The notes below the pieces were generated by a model that searched no databases, had not been told where the DNA came from, and was given only the letters and a program-made list of their open reading frames with translations. A stretch of DNA of 64,000 nucleotides from Chrysomallon squamiferum. Taxonomy: Eukaryota > Animalia > Mollusca. Positions 41,350-53,529 of this stretch are shown in pieces (position 1 is the first letter of the stretch; each line of letters opens with the position of its first letter). The stretch covers positions 2,852,001 through 2,916,000 of the forward strand of contig CM022677.1 of assembly GCA_012295275.1 (NCBI GenBank), read 5' to 3'. The translations under genes were made by a program, and so were the position numbers.

Positions 41350-43110
41350 TGCTTTGCATCAGGTAGTGGAGATCAATCTCCTGTTTTGTCATCCAGTGTA
41401 ATTTTATAATAATGTTGAGGATATTCTGAGGGTACATGTCTATCTTGACACAATGAAATAAAATATTTTTCTCTTTAGTTCAGAATTTGGCAGTTTTTGT
41501 TTCTAACAGACAAACCAACTCTTCATCGAACTAAAAACTTCATCTTTCTCACTGAGCCTTTCCTCTGATTTTCTAAATTGTAACCATTTTATTTACATCC
41601 AGTTAACCCCTTTGTCTGTGGAATAAGCTGTACAAAGAGGCAACATGTTTAACTTATTGTTTCACATTCAGGAAATGTGGTGTTTTAAAAGTATATTTCT
41701 TTATGTGAGCCATTCTGACCTGTCACATTATGGCAGAACATAAATAGAAATATTTGTTTAGCCTTTCTTTAACAGAATGAACAGAATCACATAACACGTG
41801 TATGACCTGTCTTCAGTACTTTGTGATCAGTACAGAAACAACAACATGGAGAAGTGCTGTGACTATAAAATGTTTCCTGTTTTATTCTGATTATGAATCA
41901 GAGATACACAAGATGTAAGCTGTGGCCATGGCTTGATGTACATAACTGAACGTGTGTCTATTTACATGATCCAAAGGTAACTGAATACTCCTCCTCTGTT
42001 CAGTTTGTAAAATCTTAAGAAGCAGCAACTCCATTTTCTTGTGTAATGCACATGATTCCCCAAAGAACAAAATACTGTAAGTACAGCTTCAAACAGTGGC
42101 AATATTATATGGAATGCTGTGATTTTAAATTATTTTGTCCAAGTACTTCATAATCTGCTTTCCTATCACTTGTCACCTGTCCTGAGTCTTTTATATCACA
42201 CAAAATACCAGTTATATCTGGGACTGTGGAATGTGTAACTGCATTCCCTGTAGAAAACACTTCTATTGTTTGAAAGGAAACAGGTTTCTTTCTGTTGTTT
42301 TAACACTGATCATGTATAAACTACACATTCAGATCAGAGCTGAGGAACTGCCTCTTAGCATTCTGCTTTGTGTTGTTTTAACACTGATCATGTATAAACT
42401 ACACATTCAGATCAGAGCTGAGGAACTGCCTCTTAGCATTCTGCTTTGTGTTGTTTTAACACTGATCATGTATAAACTACACATTCAGATCAGAGCTGAG
42501 GAACTTAGCATTCTGCTTTGTGTTGTTTTAACACTGATCATGTATAAACTACACATTCAGATCAGAGCTGAGGAACTGCCTCTTAGCATTCTGCTTTGTG
42601 TTGTTTTAACACTGATCATGTATAAACTACACATTCAGATCAGAGCTGAGGAACTGCCTCTTGATATTCTGCTTTGTGTTGTTTTGCTTTGATCATGTAT
42701 AAACTACACATTCAGAAGAAAATGCCTGTTAGCATTTTCTGTGCTTTCAGTAAAGAATAATTCAAACATACTTATTCTCTTGCTGTTTTTCTTTTTTCTG
42801 GTTCATTGTTGTCTTGGTAATTTTTCTACTCCCTTTAGTGTTTTATTATACCAGATTTGCATACATAAATGCTTTTGACTAGTGAGTGAAAAAAAAAAAA
42901 AAAAAAAAAAGCCCTAGGCTTTTCAGCATGCAGAAATATCTACTATGTTATGATACAAAATATTTCTCCTTGTTACAGGACTGAAGAAAAAAATGAAATG
43001 AATAAATGTCTTACTGCAGTTTTGACAGTTTTCTCTGATATAATTGTGTATTCCTTCCCAGTTGTCTCTAGCCTGGATTTTTTTTTTTTTCCCCAGTGTT
43101 CTTCTTCTTA
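41350..43110 (-). mobile_element. Decayed Sola1-type DDE transposase
   Basis: Ordered motifs on minus: HWGKKKKSRLETTGKEY (~43100-43045), IYVCK, KRQFLSSDLNV, KPVSFQT/RSVF..YTFHSP (~42285-42220), EAVLTVFCSLGNHVHYTRK..FYKL..FSYLW (~42092-41970), DHKVLKTGHT/CDSVHS (~41830-41775), VNWM*IKWLQFRK (~41605-41570), KLPNSELKRK/SLCQDRHVPSEY. Same order as in Sola1 transposases. Confidence 0.8.
42293..42715. repeat. 78-bp minisatellite, ~5.4 copies, inside the Sola1 coding region
   Basis: Unit tgttgttttaacactgatcatgtataaactacacattcagatcagagctgaggaactgcctcttagcattctgctttg; one copy has a 6-bp deletion. Confidence 0.97.
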
Positions 43111-43214
43111 TTATTAACTTGCTTATTTTCCCCCGATAGAAACAGTGACAAGGTGATTTTTCTTTTTCCTTTGTGTGTCCACATGGTTATTAATTTTTTG
43201 TGAGGTGGTGTTTA

Positions 43215-43475
43215 ATGTGAAGACTGCATTATGTCAGGGATATATAAATTGTAATGTTCAAGTTGTGTGTGAGCTAAAAAGACAGTTTCCTTTTAAGACT
43301 CTTGTTTTCTTTGTGGGTTTCATTTCATATACAAGTCTTACATACTTACTTGAGAATATCTTCAGTTTATTTTCAAGTAAATTAGCTACAGCTAGAAGTA
43401 AAGTTTCTACACTAACTACTGACCAGTTTTCACTCACTCCAAAGTATTCAGCCTGCTGATAGTGCTTGTCTAGGC
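43215..43475 (-). pseudogene. C-terminal half of an OTU-like cysteine protease domain, upstream of the Sola1 transposase
   Basis: YQQAEYFGVSENWSVVSVETLLLAVANLLENKLKIFSSKYVRLVYEMKP, then a frameshift, then ETVFLAHTQLEHYN. Fits the OTU pattern W...LA.A.LL...I.IFS...L.[YH]...HY[DN]. Confidence 0.55.
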
Positions 43476-43751
43476 AAATTTATATATTACATAGCTTCAT
43501 TTTTCCTTTTCCTTTCTTCCTTAATTCTTTCTTTCTTTTATTTATTTCTTAATTATTTTTTATAATGATTATTTATTTTCCAGATGAAACAATAACACAC
43601 AGCTGTAAGGTAAGTATTAGTAGGTTAAAGTAGATCTGTTTGTTAAAAGGGTTTAAAGTGGATCTTACTGTACTGCTCTGAAGTTATTATGGGTTTCTAA
43701 AACTTATGTACATAAAGGGGGAGAGAATTGGCAGAAACAGAAAGACAGAGA

Positions 43752-43798
<47 letters not shown>

Positions 43799-45604
43799 GG
43801 TTGTTTTTGTGTGTATATGGAGTGTATTTTGGTCCTTTATAATGACATTTTTTTTTTATTCAATATTTATTTATTTTATTAACTAATTAAACTATTTAAT
43901 TGCTAATGTGTGAATTTCATTTTTCTTTCCTTCCTTATTTTATTTACTTATTTATTATTTATTTATGTGTTGTAAGATGGGTCTGTGTCCACCAAGTGTC
44001 AAATGTGTCAGTAAATATGTCTGTCTGTCTGTACACCTGATCATTAGAATTAGTTCATATGAGTGTAATGTATCTTTGTATGTGTATGTGTGTGTATATA
44101 ATTTCTCTATGTATGCAGGTATTTTTGTTTCTGTATGTATGTGTCTGCATGTATATATTTATACAGATGTATGTATATATGTATGAATGTATGAGTGTGT
44201 CTGTATTTATAGACATATGTGTGTGCATGTATTAGTATCTTGTTTTATGTACATCTGCTTAGATTCTGCATTCAGACAATTTTGTGGAAATCATTGGCAC
44301 AGGAAGATGAAGTCCAATCATGACCTCACCAACAACATCATCATCATCATCATCATTATTTCAACACAGCTGGGTGAGTATTTAATTAGATTTGTATCAG
44401 TTGTATGATGTCTCTTCTTTAACACCAAACAAATTCCTTTATTACTTTCAGCAAAACTGTTTTTTAACTTCTGTTTTCTCTGTAGTCTTCTCCATTCTCC
44501 TTTAGCACAAAACTGCTTTATGATATTCAGTTAGGTAATGGTATTAATAGTGCACAACATACACATTATTTACACAGAAATCTAAACCAATAACTTTCGG
44601 ACTTTTAATTTTTTTTAAATCTGATTTTATTTGATAATCTTTACTATTATTATTATTTAGTTATTTATTTATTTGTATATTTTTAAATAATGTATTGTTT
44701 TAATACTTTGTTACAAGCGATTATCGCATCACAGATCACGGAAATGGTCGAATTTGAAATTACCTGAATTAACTGTTTTATTTAGATTTAAAAAACCTTG
44801 TGATCTCTGCGAATTTATAATGCATTTATTTAACACAGCAACTGAAAATATGTTTTCTTGGTGCAAAACTGGTAAAATACCTAAAATTTCCTAAATAAAT
44901 AAATTATTTAAACAATTAATAAATATGACAACTTGGCTTCGGCAGTTTACGTAAACCAAATGAAGAGACTAAGCTATAATCTATATCTGTATATAAACAT
45001 TGATTTATAAACGTACTTTTAATAGTCACATATTATCTCATAAAAGATAAAACATGAAAATCATTAACTGAAATTAAATTGATTAACGCCTTCAATATAA
45101 AACTATTATAAATATTTAAATAAATAAATTGCAAATTAGTAACTGGTTCTGGTTAGTCGGAATGTGTTTTTATTATCACACCCAAGCAACCAAAACCGGT
45201 TAACAACAAAAGTACTTAACCGTTTAATGTTCTGAATAATTGTATCAATATTGAATAAGACATGGTCTTGTTTATTTTTTATCATACTTTTTCTTTTAAT
45301 TTTTATATCTAGAAATGTCAACTTCAACTTTCCGATTTTATTGACAGAAACTATCTCAACCCTTATCCTAAGTTTACGGTTACAGAACGTTTTGTCACAA
45401 CGAATAGAACTGTATTAATTCTTCGTGACATCGCATGTTACGGCAATGGCCGAACTAGTCTTAATCAAATGACGATTATTGACAGAATAAATGTGTATGG
45501 TTTAATAATGTTATGCAGGAAGAAAAAGACAAATTCTAAAAAAATGTCATCAAATTTTTTTAAAATTATATAAATGCTTTACAAAATAAACAAACAATTT
45601 AATA

Positions 45605-45880
45605 AATGTTTCCGGTTTTAAAGCCATCTGACTTTTAACTTCGCCAATTTGCATAATCGGAATGACGTCACTGGAAAAGCAGCAGCAGCAGCAACATGGC
45701 GTCAAATTCTAAATAGATATATTTTTATGATACTTATTTTATATTTTTCTGTATTTTAAAGATGAATATGATATGGATTCAGTTTATTTGGATTACTTAG
45801 ACATTCTTTTCATTAAAGATAATTACTTCATTCTGGGAGACAGCTGACTTGGTAAAAAAAAAGGAAAACAACAAGTAAGT
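45605..45880 (+). promoter_or_regulatory. Putative housekeeping-type promoter and first exon
   Basis: CCAAT 45644-48, octamer ATTTGCAT 45647-54, CRE TGACGTCA 45663-70, YY1-like CAACATGGCG 45692-701, donor GTAAGT 45875-80, all in a CpG-retaining zone. Confidence 0.45.
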
Positions 45881-47167
45881 CGATCATTTTGTATTTCGTT
45901 TTTTTTTTTCTGTTGTAACAATTACAGCATTTATTAGAATTAACATTACTTTTGCTGTTCTTTTTGTTGTTATTATTGTTATTACTACTATTATTATTAC
46001 TTTATTATTTTATTATTATTATTATTATTATTAATGATGTTGTTCTTTTTCATATTATTAAAACCACTTTGCTGCTACTACTACTACTACTACTACTATA
46101 TTATCTATATGTGTGTATATATATATAAGTATGTATGTATGTATATGTGTATGTTTGTGTGTGTATGTGTGTGTATATGTAAATGTATGAATGTATGTGT
46201 GTTTTTGTGTGCATATGTATGTATATATACGTATGTTTGTGTATGTATGTGTGTACCAATCGCCATTTTAAATATACCAGAATTTCTGACATTTTATCCA
46301 TTTACTGAAAAAATTGTCGTATATACACAAAGCACACACACATATATATGTATGTATGTATATGTGTGTGTGTTTGAGTGTGTATGTGTCACTATATTTG
46401 AATATATATTTATTTGTTTATTTATTTTTATTTATTTCTATGTAGTTATAGGCATGTAGATATATACACATATACAGAGAAACAGATATTTATTATTTAT
46501 GTATATATTTATTTGATTTGTTTTTTTTTTTTATTTATTTATTTATTTTTTTTTTTTTATTACTATATTTTGTGTGGTTAATTTACGTTTACATCTGTGA
46601 ATCTCCTTATACATAAACTTCAGCTGGTTGTCAGCTTTGTAAACATTTTTCTGTTGCACTTTATTGTAATCTACAGCATCATTCTGCAAGTTGACTGAGT
46701 TAAAAATGTCACATAGGTATACCAGATTGTTTGTGTTCTCAGTTTTGCTGATGTTCTCGTAAGCTTGTATGCAAGTTGTTTGGTGAAGAGTATGGATACC
46801 TTCACAACAGGTTTGTGTGTTAAACAGCGCTGAAACAATGACAACTAGCTATCGTTTCAGCAAACAAACATTCATGTTATCCATTTCTGACATTATTAAT
46901 ATTGTTATTAGTATTACCAATAATAGTACTAATAGTTTTAGAGATAGTTCTAACTATAAGTAATAATAGCAGAAGTAATAGTAGTTATTGCAAACATAGT
47001 AGTAGTAGTAGTATCAGTAACAGTGGTAGTAGTAGTCAACATAATTGTAGTATTAGTTACAGTGGTTAGTAGTTGTCACAGTTGTAGTAGTATAATAATA
47101 TAGTAACAAAAGCAGTGATATGTTTGACACACACAGGTATGGTTCGAGTGTGGGAAATCGATGTACC

Positions 47168-47552
47168 AGAGGGATGTGTTATCAAGAAACATGGTTGTGA
47201 CAGTTTGATTGTGAAAACTGACAATGAGTTACAGAGGGATGTGTTATCAAGAAACATGGTTGTGACAGTTTGATTGTGAAAACTGACAATGAGTTACAGA
47301 GGGATGTGTTATCAAGAAACATGGTTGTGACAGTTTGATTGTGAAAACTGACAATGAGTTACAGAGGGATGTGTTATCAAGAAACATGGTTGTGACAGTT
47401 TGATTGTGAAAACTGACAATGAGTTACAGAGGGATGTGTTATCAAGAAACATGGTTGTGACAGTTTGATTGTGAAAACTGACAATGAGTTACAGAGGGAT
47501 GTGTTATCAAGAAACATGGTTGTGACAGTTGTGAAAACTGACAATGAGTTAC
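47168..47552. repeat. 65-bp minisatellite, ~6 copies (specific to copy 2)
   Basis: Unit agagggatgtgttatcaagaaacatggttgtgacagtttgattgtgaaaactgacaatgagttac. Confidence 0.98.
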
Positions 47553-47899
47553 TGAACTGCTACATGGGAGAATACATTCACATTGTCCAGTGGAATTAAC
47601 ACTACAGCATTAATGTTTGTAATTCACAGAATTAAATTAATCAACCCTTCACGAAATATTAGTTTTCTGTCGGGAACTGTGTAGATTGAAATGTATCTAT
47701 CTAGCTGTCTGATGGTATGTCTGTCTGTCTGTCTATCTAACTACTTATATCGCAGTGTATGTTTATCTATCTCTCTGTCAGTCTGTGTGTCTCTCTGTCT
47801 TTCCATTTCTGTATCTCCATTCATGTGTGTCTCTAATTCTGTATATGTATTTGTATCTATCTGTCTGTCTATCAGTATGTCTATATATGTATATATAGA

Positions 47900-48001
47900 T
47901 GCACACACACACACACACACACATGTACACACACACACACACATGTACACACACAACACATACACACATACACACACATGTACACACACACATACACACA
48001 T

Positions 48002-48086
<85 letters not shown>

Positions 48087-48122
48087 CACACACACACACA
48101 TACACACACACACACACACATG

Positions 48123-48186
<64 letters not shown>

Positions 48187-48198
48187 CACACACACACA

Positions 48199-48260
<62 letters not shown>

Positions 48261-48303
48261 CACACACACACACACACACATGTACACACACAACACATAC
48301 ACA
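47900..48303. repeat. Long interrupted (CA)n microsatellite
   Basis: Seen directly; explains the HT/CV ORFs. Confidence 0.98.
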
Positions 48304-48694
48304 GGCAGATCAGAGCGGCTAAATACATATGTATATATCAGTCCAACAAAAAAAGCAAACATTTTTTGAAAACAAATGATGAAATTTATGGTGATATCTT
48401 TCTTTTTTAATTAGAAACATTTTATTTTATTATTTATTATTATTTATTTTTTTTTTTTTTTTTTTTTTTTTGGTCATATTTTGTAATACAAAGATATAAA
48501 TCTAATTTAAAGAAAACGGAAACGAAACAAAAACCCCAAAGAAACAAAGAAAGAATGAAACAGCAAGGAGATTTGACTTTTTTATTTTCAAAATACTGTT
48601 TGAATTTGGATTTATCTACGCCAATTAAAGGTGCATTCACGAGTGATGTTGTTTTTATCCATGAACACCGGCTCACAGTTGTCTCCCTTTTTCA

Positions 48695-48782
<88 letters not shown>

Positions 48783-49630
48783 AAGATATTCCAAGACAAT
48801 ATTCCTGTGCATTTTTACCAAATGTTCTAACTTGAGGTATCTGAAGAGACACTGCACTGGATCTTGCATTTATATTATGTTTGGATCTAGTTAATTTGAA
48901 ATCAGTAGTTAGGTAACCGGGGACTGTAGTGTTTTCAATAATATGGAGAAGATTTAGTTTGATTTGTTTGGAATGGAGTTCCATCCAGCAACATTTTGAC
49001 CAATCTAATCTCATTTCTCCAATATACTTGCGAGGGATTGACTTCAAAAATAAACTGAACATTTTTATTTTGAGTTTATTATTTCTTCATCAGTACAACA
49101 CACCAAGATGAGCTGGCAGAGCCAAAATGACATTGGATTACTGTTGAAGTTAGCATGCAGTTTTATTTCTATATATATTATTTTTTATTTTAAACGGAAT
49201 GTTTTATTGTTTATATTTTAATAATTTTTCATGGATTTTTTCTTTGTTACTCTGTATGATGACCTTCTATAGTCTTTTCCGTTTTGACAATAACAGAATA
49301 TATATATATATGTCAAACTTAATGAAAAATAGAATATATTGTTCATATAAAGTTGGGGTTTAATTGATGGAAGGGAAGTCACTCCAGTTTATAAGTAGGT
49401 GAACAAAACAGACGTTTAAAAATTAAATAAATTATGAAAGAGAGTACAGAATGAAAAATGTGTTAAAAACACCTCCTAATCAGTTGGATTATCCCATTGT
49501 ATTTTAAAGCCACTATACAAGCTCAGTTTATAAACTATGTCATTTTGTAAACTGAGATACTCTTCTTTTTCTTCTTTCTTTCTTCTTCTTTCATTTTTTT
49601 CTTAATGTTACTTAATATCATGAATATGTT

Positions 49631-49711
<81 letters not shown>

Positions 49712-49916
49712 CTGTTCTGATAATTCCTGTGTAATACATACACATAGCTTCAAGATATAAAAAAGATAATATTTATTTTTCTGCAGGATTAAATATTAAT
49801 TCAACGCTTGATTTGGAAAACAATTATCAACATGCACCTCTCTCAAACTTTAACGCAAAAAAAATAAATAAATAAAATAAAAAAAAATAAAATAAAGAAA
49901 CAAAAAATGTAGCCAA

Positions 49917-49958
<42 letters not shown>

Positions 49959-50084
49959 GCATATATATACATACATAAAAAGATGTCACTGTCTTTCACA
50001 CACATACATAGATAGCAAAAATGCACCTACACTATACACTGTCTCAAACACACACATATTCGTAGATATCCACTGATTTTATAT

Positions 50085-50310
50085 TCATACACATAAATAC
50101 TCCAACACAAACACATACACAACACAATACATACATACACACATACACACACACATACACACACATACATACATACATACATACATACATACATACATAC
50201 ATACATACACACATACATACACACACATACATACACACATACACCTACACATACACACACACACACATACATACATACACTGACATACATACACACATAA
50301 ATACACATAC

Positions 50311-50343
<33 letters not shown>

Positions 50344-50497
50344 TATATACATACATATACATACACACACATACATACATACACCACACATACATACATA
50401 CATACACACACATACATACACACATACATACACACATACATACACATACATACATACATACACATACATACATACATACATACACACATACATACAT

Positions 50498-50530
<33 letters not shown>

Positions 50531-50700
50531 TACATACATACACATACATACACACATACATACACATACATACACACACACACACACACATACATACATA
50601 CACACACATACACACATACATACATACACATATACATACATACACACATACATACATACACAAACACACACACAAAAAACATACACACAAAAACACATAT
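50085..50700. repeat. (CATA/CA)n compound microsatellite
   Basis: Seen directly. Confidence 0.98.
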
Positions 50701-51236
50701 CTATAAACACCCACACTAACAGCTGTTTGTCATACATAAGCTCAGTTACACACCCACTCATGCTTTGACATTCGCACAGATTTCAAATAAAGGTGAATAG
50801 AATAAACATTGTGTAAGTTTAAGAAAGGGAGATAAGTAAGGAACCAACTAATAAAAACAAATACGAGTAATTATATTTTGCAACGAGTTTGTTTTGTTTT
50901 AACAGTAACATGCTCGCACACTATGACACACAGACACAAAAAACCCCACCTACACACAAACACAAACTGATACATACAAATCACACAGCAACACACACAA
51001 GTACACAGTGACATACACAAATGCGTCCACCTTTCCTTTTCTTATAACTTATCTCTTTATCAGAAGCGTTTCTGTAAAAAACACGCTTGTCCAAGAAGGT
51101 TATTTTAGTTTAAATCTGATAATATATTAACAAAAGTGATAGGTTTACTTACATATTACCCTCAGTCACTGCATTATATTTCTGTAACATGTAAAACAGA
51201 TTAAAAGTAAATTCATTTGAATAAAAAGAACAGCAA

Positions 51237-51270
<34 letters not shown>

Positions 51271-52225
51271 TTCAAAACAATATTAATTCAATCACATTAT
51301 GATCTTAAGGTTCACAAACTTGTATGTAACTATTAGTTTATCAACATACTAGAAACATTGACAACTACAAGATTATCAACTTAGTTGTGTGTATGTATGT
51401 ATGCGTGTTTGTATATATGTATGTACTACGTATGTATGTATGCTTAAGAAAGAGTTATGTGTGATTAGATGTCTGTGTATTATATCTATCTTTTCTCTCT
51501 GTGTATACACAAACATATATATATACACTCACAGATACACAGACACACACACATACATACAAACATACATACATAGATACAGAGACAGATATTGATATAT
51601 ATATATATATATGTATGTGTGTGCGTGCGTGCGTTTGTGTATGTGTGTGTGTCTTTTGTGTACGTGTGTATGTATACAGTGGACTCTGATTCATTTGGGA
51701 CCAATCATAGCTGCCGTTTTAAACAGAGTGCAGGCTTGTACAAGTTAAAATGACATGAAATATATTTTATTTCTAGTGTTATTGTGAAGCGTCTATCAAG
51801 TTTCATCTGAGAAACAGTCTGTCATCGACGACTGTGTTTTTTATCTTCTACTTTATTATTATTATTATTTTTCCTGTTTCTCTCAAAAACAAACTTCTCT
51901 GTCATGGCCTCCATGTTTAACATCAGTTACAAAATCTGCTGTCAATAGAAGCAGCGAAAGATTTAATTTGTTTTATCATTTTAAGAATATCAGTGTAAGA
52001 AAGTTCGGTCACTGGGTCATTGTGTGTATTGTCAATTCATTCAGATTTTTGAATTTGTCGGTCATTACTCTCTGTCGAAGTTTAGTTTCGTGTTGGTAAC
52101 TGTCACTATGTTTTATAAAGTCAAATATTTCCTGTCTTCATATTTCAGATTGTATTGCCAGGGTCTAAGCGAGGGATCGACATCGACTTAGTATTAACCA
52201 GTGTAGTCACCTTCTTGTTTTCTTC

Positions 52226-52436
52226 TTATTTATTTATTTATTTATTTGTTTATTTATTTATATATTTGTTTATTTATGTATTTGTTTATTTATTTATTTA
52301 TTTATTTATTTGTTTTTTTATTATTTATTTGTTTATTTATTTATTTACTTACTTATTTATTTGTTTATTTATTTATTTGTTTATTTATTTATTTTTATTT
52401 ATTTATTTATTTATTTATTTATTTTATTTATTTTTT

Positions 52437-52479
<43 letters not shown>

Positions 52480-52551
52480 TTTTTTTTTATTTATTTATTT
52501 ATTTATTTGTTTTATTTGTTTATTTATTTATTTATTTATTTATTTGTTTGT

Positions 52552-52588
<37 letters not shown>

Positions 52589-52602
52589 TTTTTATTTATT
52601 TA

Positions 52603-52633
<31 letters not shown>

Positions 52634-52660
52634 TGTTTATTTATTTGTTTATTTATTTGT

Positions 52661-52707
<47 letters not shown>

Positions 52708-52716
52708 TTTGCTTCT

Positions 52717-52747
<31 letters not shown>

Positions 52748-52838
52748 TTTGTTTATTTATTTGTTTGTTTGTTTATTTGTTTGTTTGTTTGTTTGTTTGT
52801 TTGTTTATTTATTTATTTATTTACTTATTTATTTATTA
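52226..52838. repeat. (TTTA/TTTG)n tract, ~600 bp
   Basis: Seen directly; explains the YLFI ORFs 52155-52858. Confidence 0.98.
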
Positions 52839-53352
52839 ATTTGAAACAGATTACCTGAAAGTTGAATCTATGGATACATCTTGCCTCCATTTTGTCCGAT
52901 GATTTCCTTGTCACATTCTGTGATCAGTCAGCAGACTTTCGTTATTTCTGTCAAATGTATTGTTTACTGTTGTGATTAGAGTTTGACAATACACACAGTT
53001 CTTCTAAACATGTATACAAATTAATATAACTGAGATTCACATGATAAATGACATAATTGCCTGAACACGTTGTGTATGCACTAATTTGCTAACAGCCATT
53101 TTGTATTAGAAACAAAACATCGATGTGTGTATTTTGATGTTTAATTTTATGTTTGTGACAATAGCGTGGCATTTGAAAGTTCGATACTTTGCCGTTTTTT
53201 AGGTCGCTTTGCAATGAGTTCAATAAAAGAAAGCATATGTGCATCATACGTATTTATGTAGACTTCTGCTTTTGACATTTAATCTAAATGAGTGAATTCA
53301 CTTAGGTGTTAACACACTAATACTGTTCTTGTTCATTTAGCTGTGTAAAGGA

Positions 53353-53420
53353 CATAGGTTTTCAACCTGAGGGTCATGACCTCCAGAGGGGTCACCAGAC
53401 TTTTTTCTGGGGGTCGCGGG
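53353..53420 (+). mobile_element. hAT-Charlie/URR1-like terminus fragment
   Basis: cataggttttcaacctgagggtcatgacctccagaggggtcacc...gggggtcgcg resembles CAGTGGTTCTCAACCTGGGGGTCGCGACCCC...GGGGTCG ends. The other end was not found. Confidence 0.6.
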
Positions 53421-53469
53421 ATCGTTCTTGAGCGAGGGTACGTTTTAGTTTTTTTCAACTTGACTTGGA

Positions 53470-53529
<60 letters not shown>

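Noticed and set aside
43270-43295. GNCLFSS as the OTU catalytic Cys motif
   Set aside because: It falls after, not before, the central OTU helix and overlaps the better-fitting FLAHTQLEHY frame, so it is probably coincidental.
51900-52210. BEL/Pao remnant (KSMSIPRLD on minus)
   Set aside because: Only one short motif; downstream similarity is too weak to support a call.
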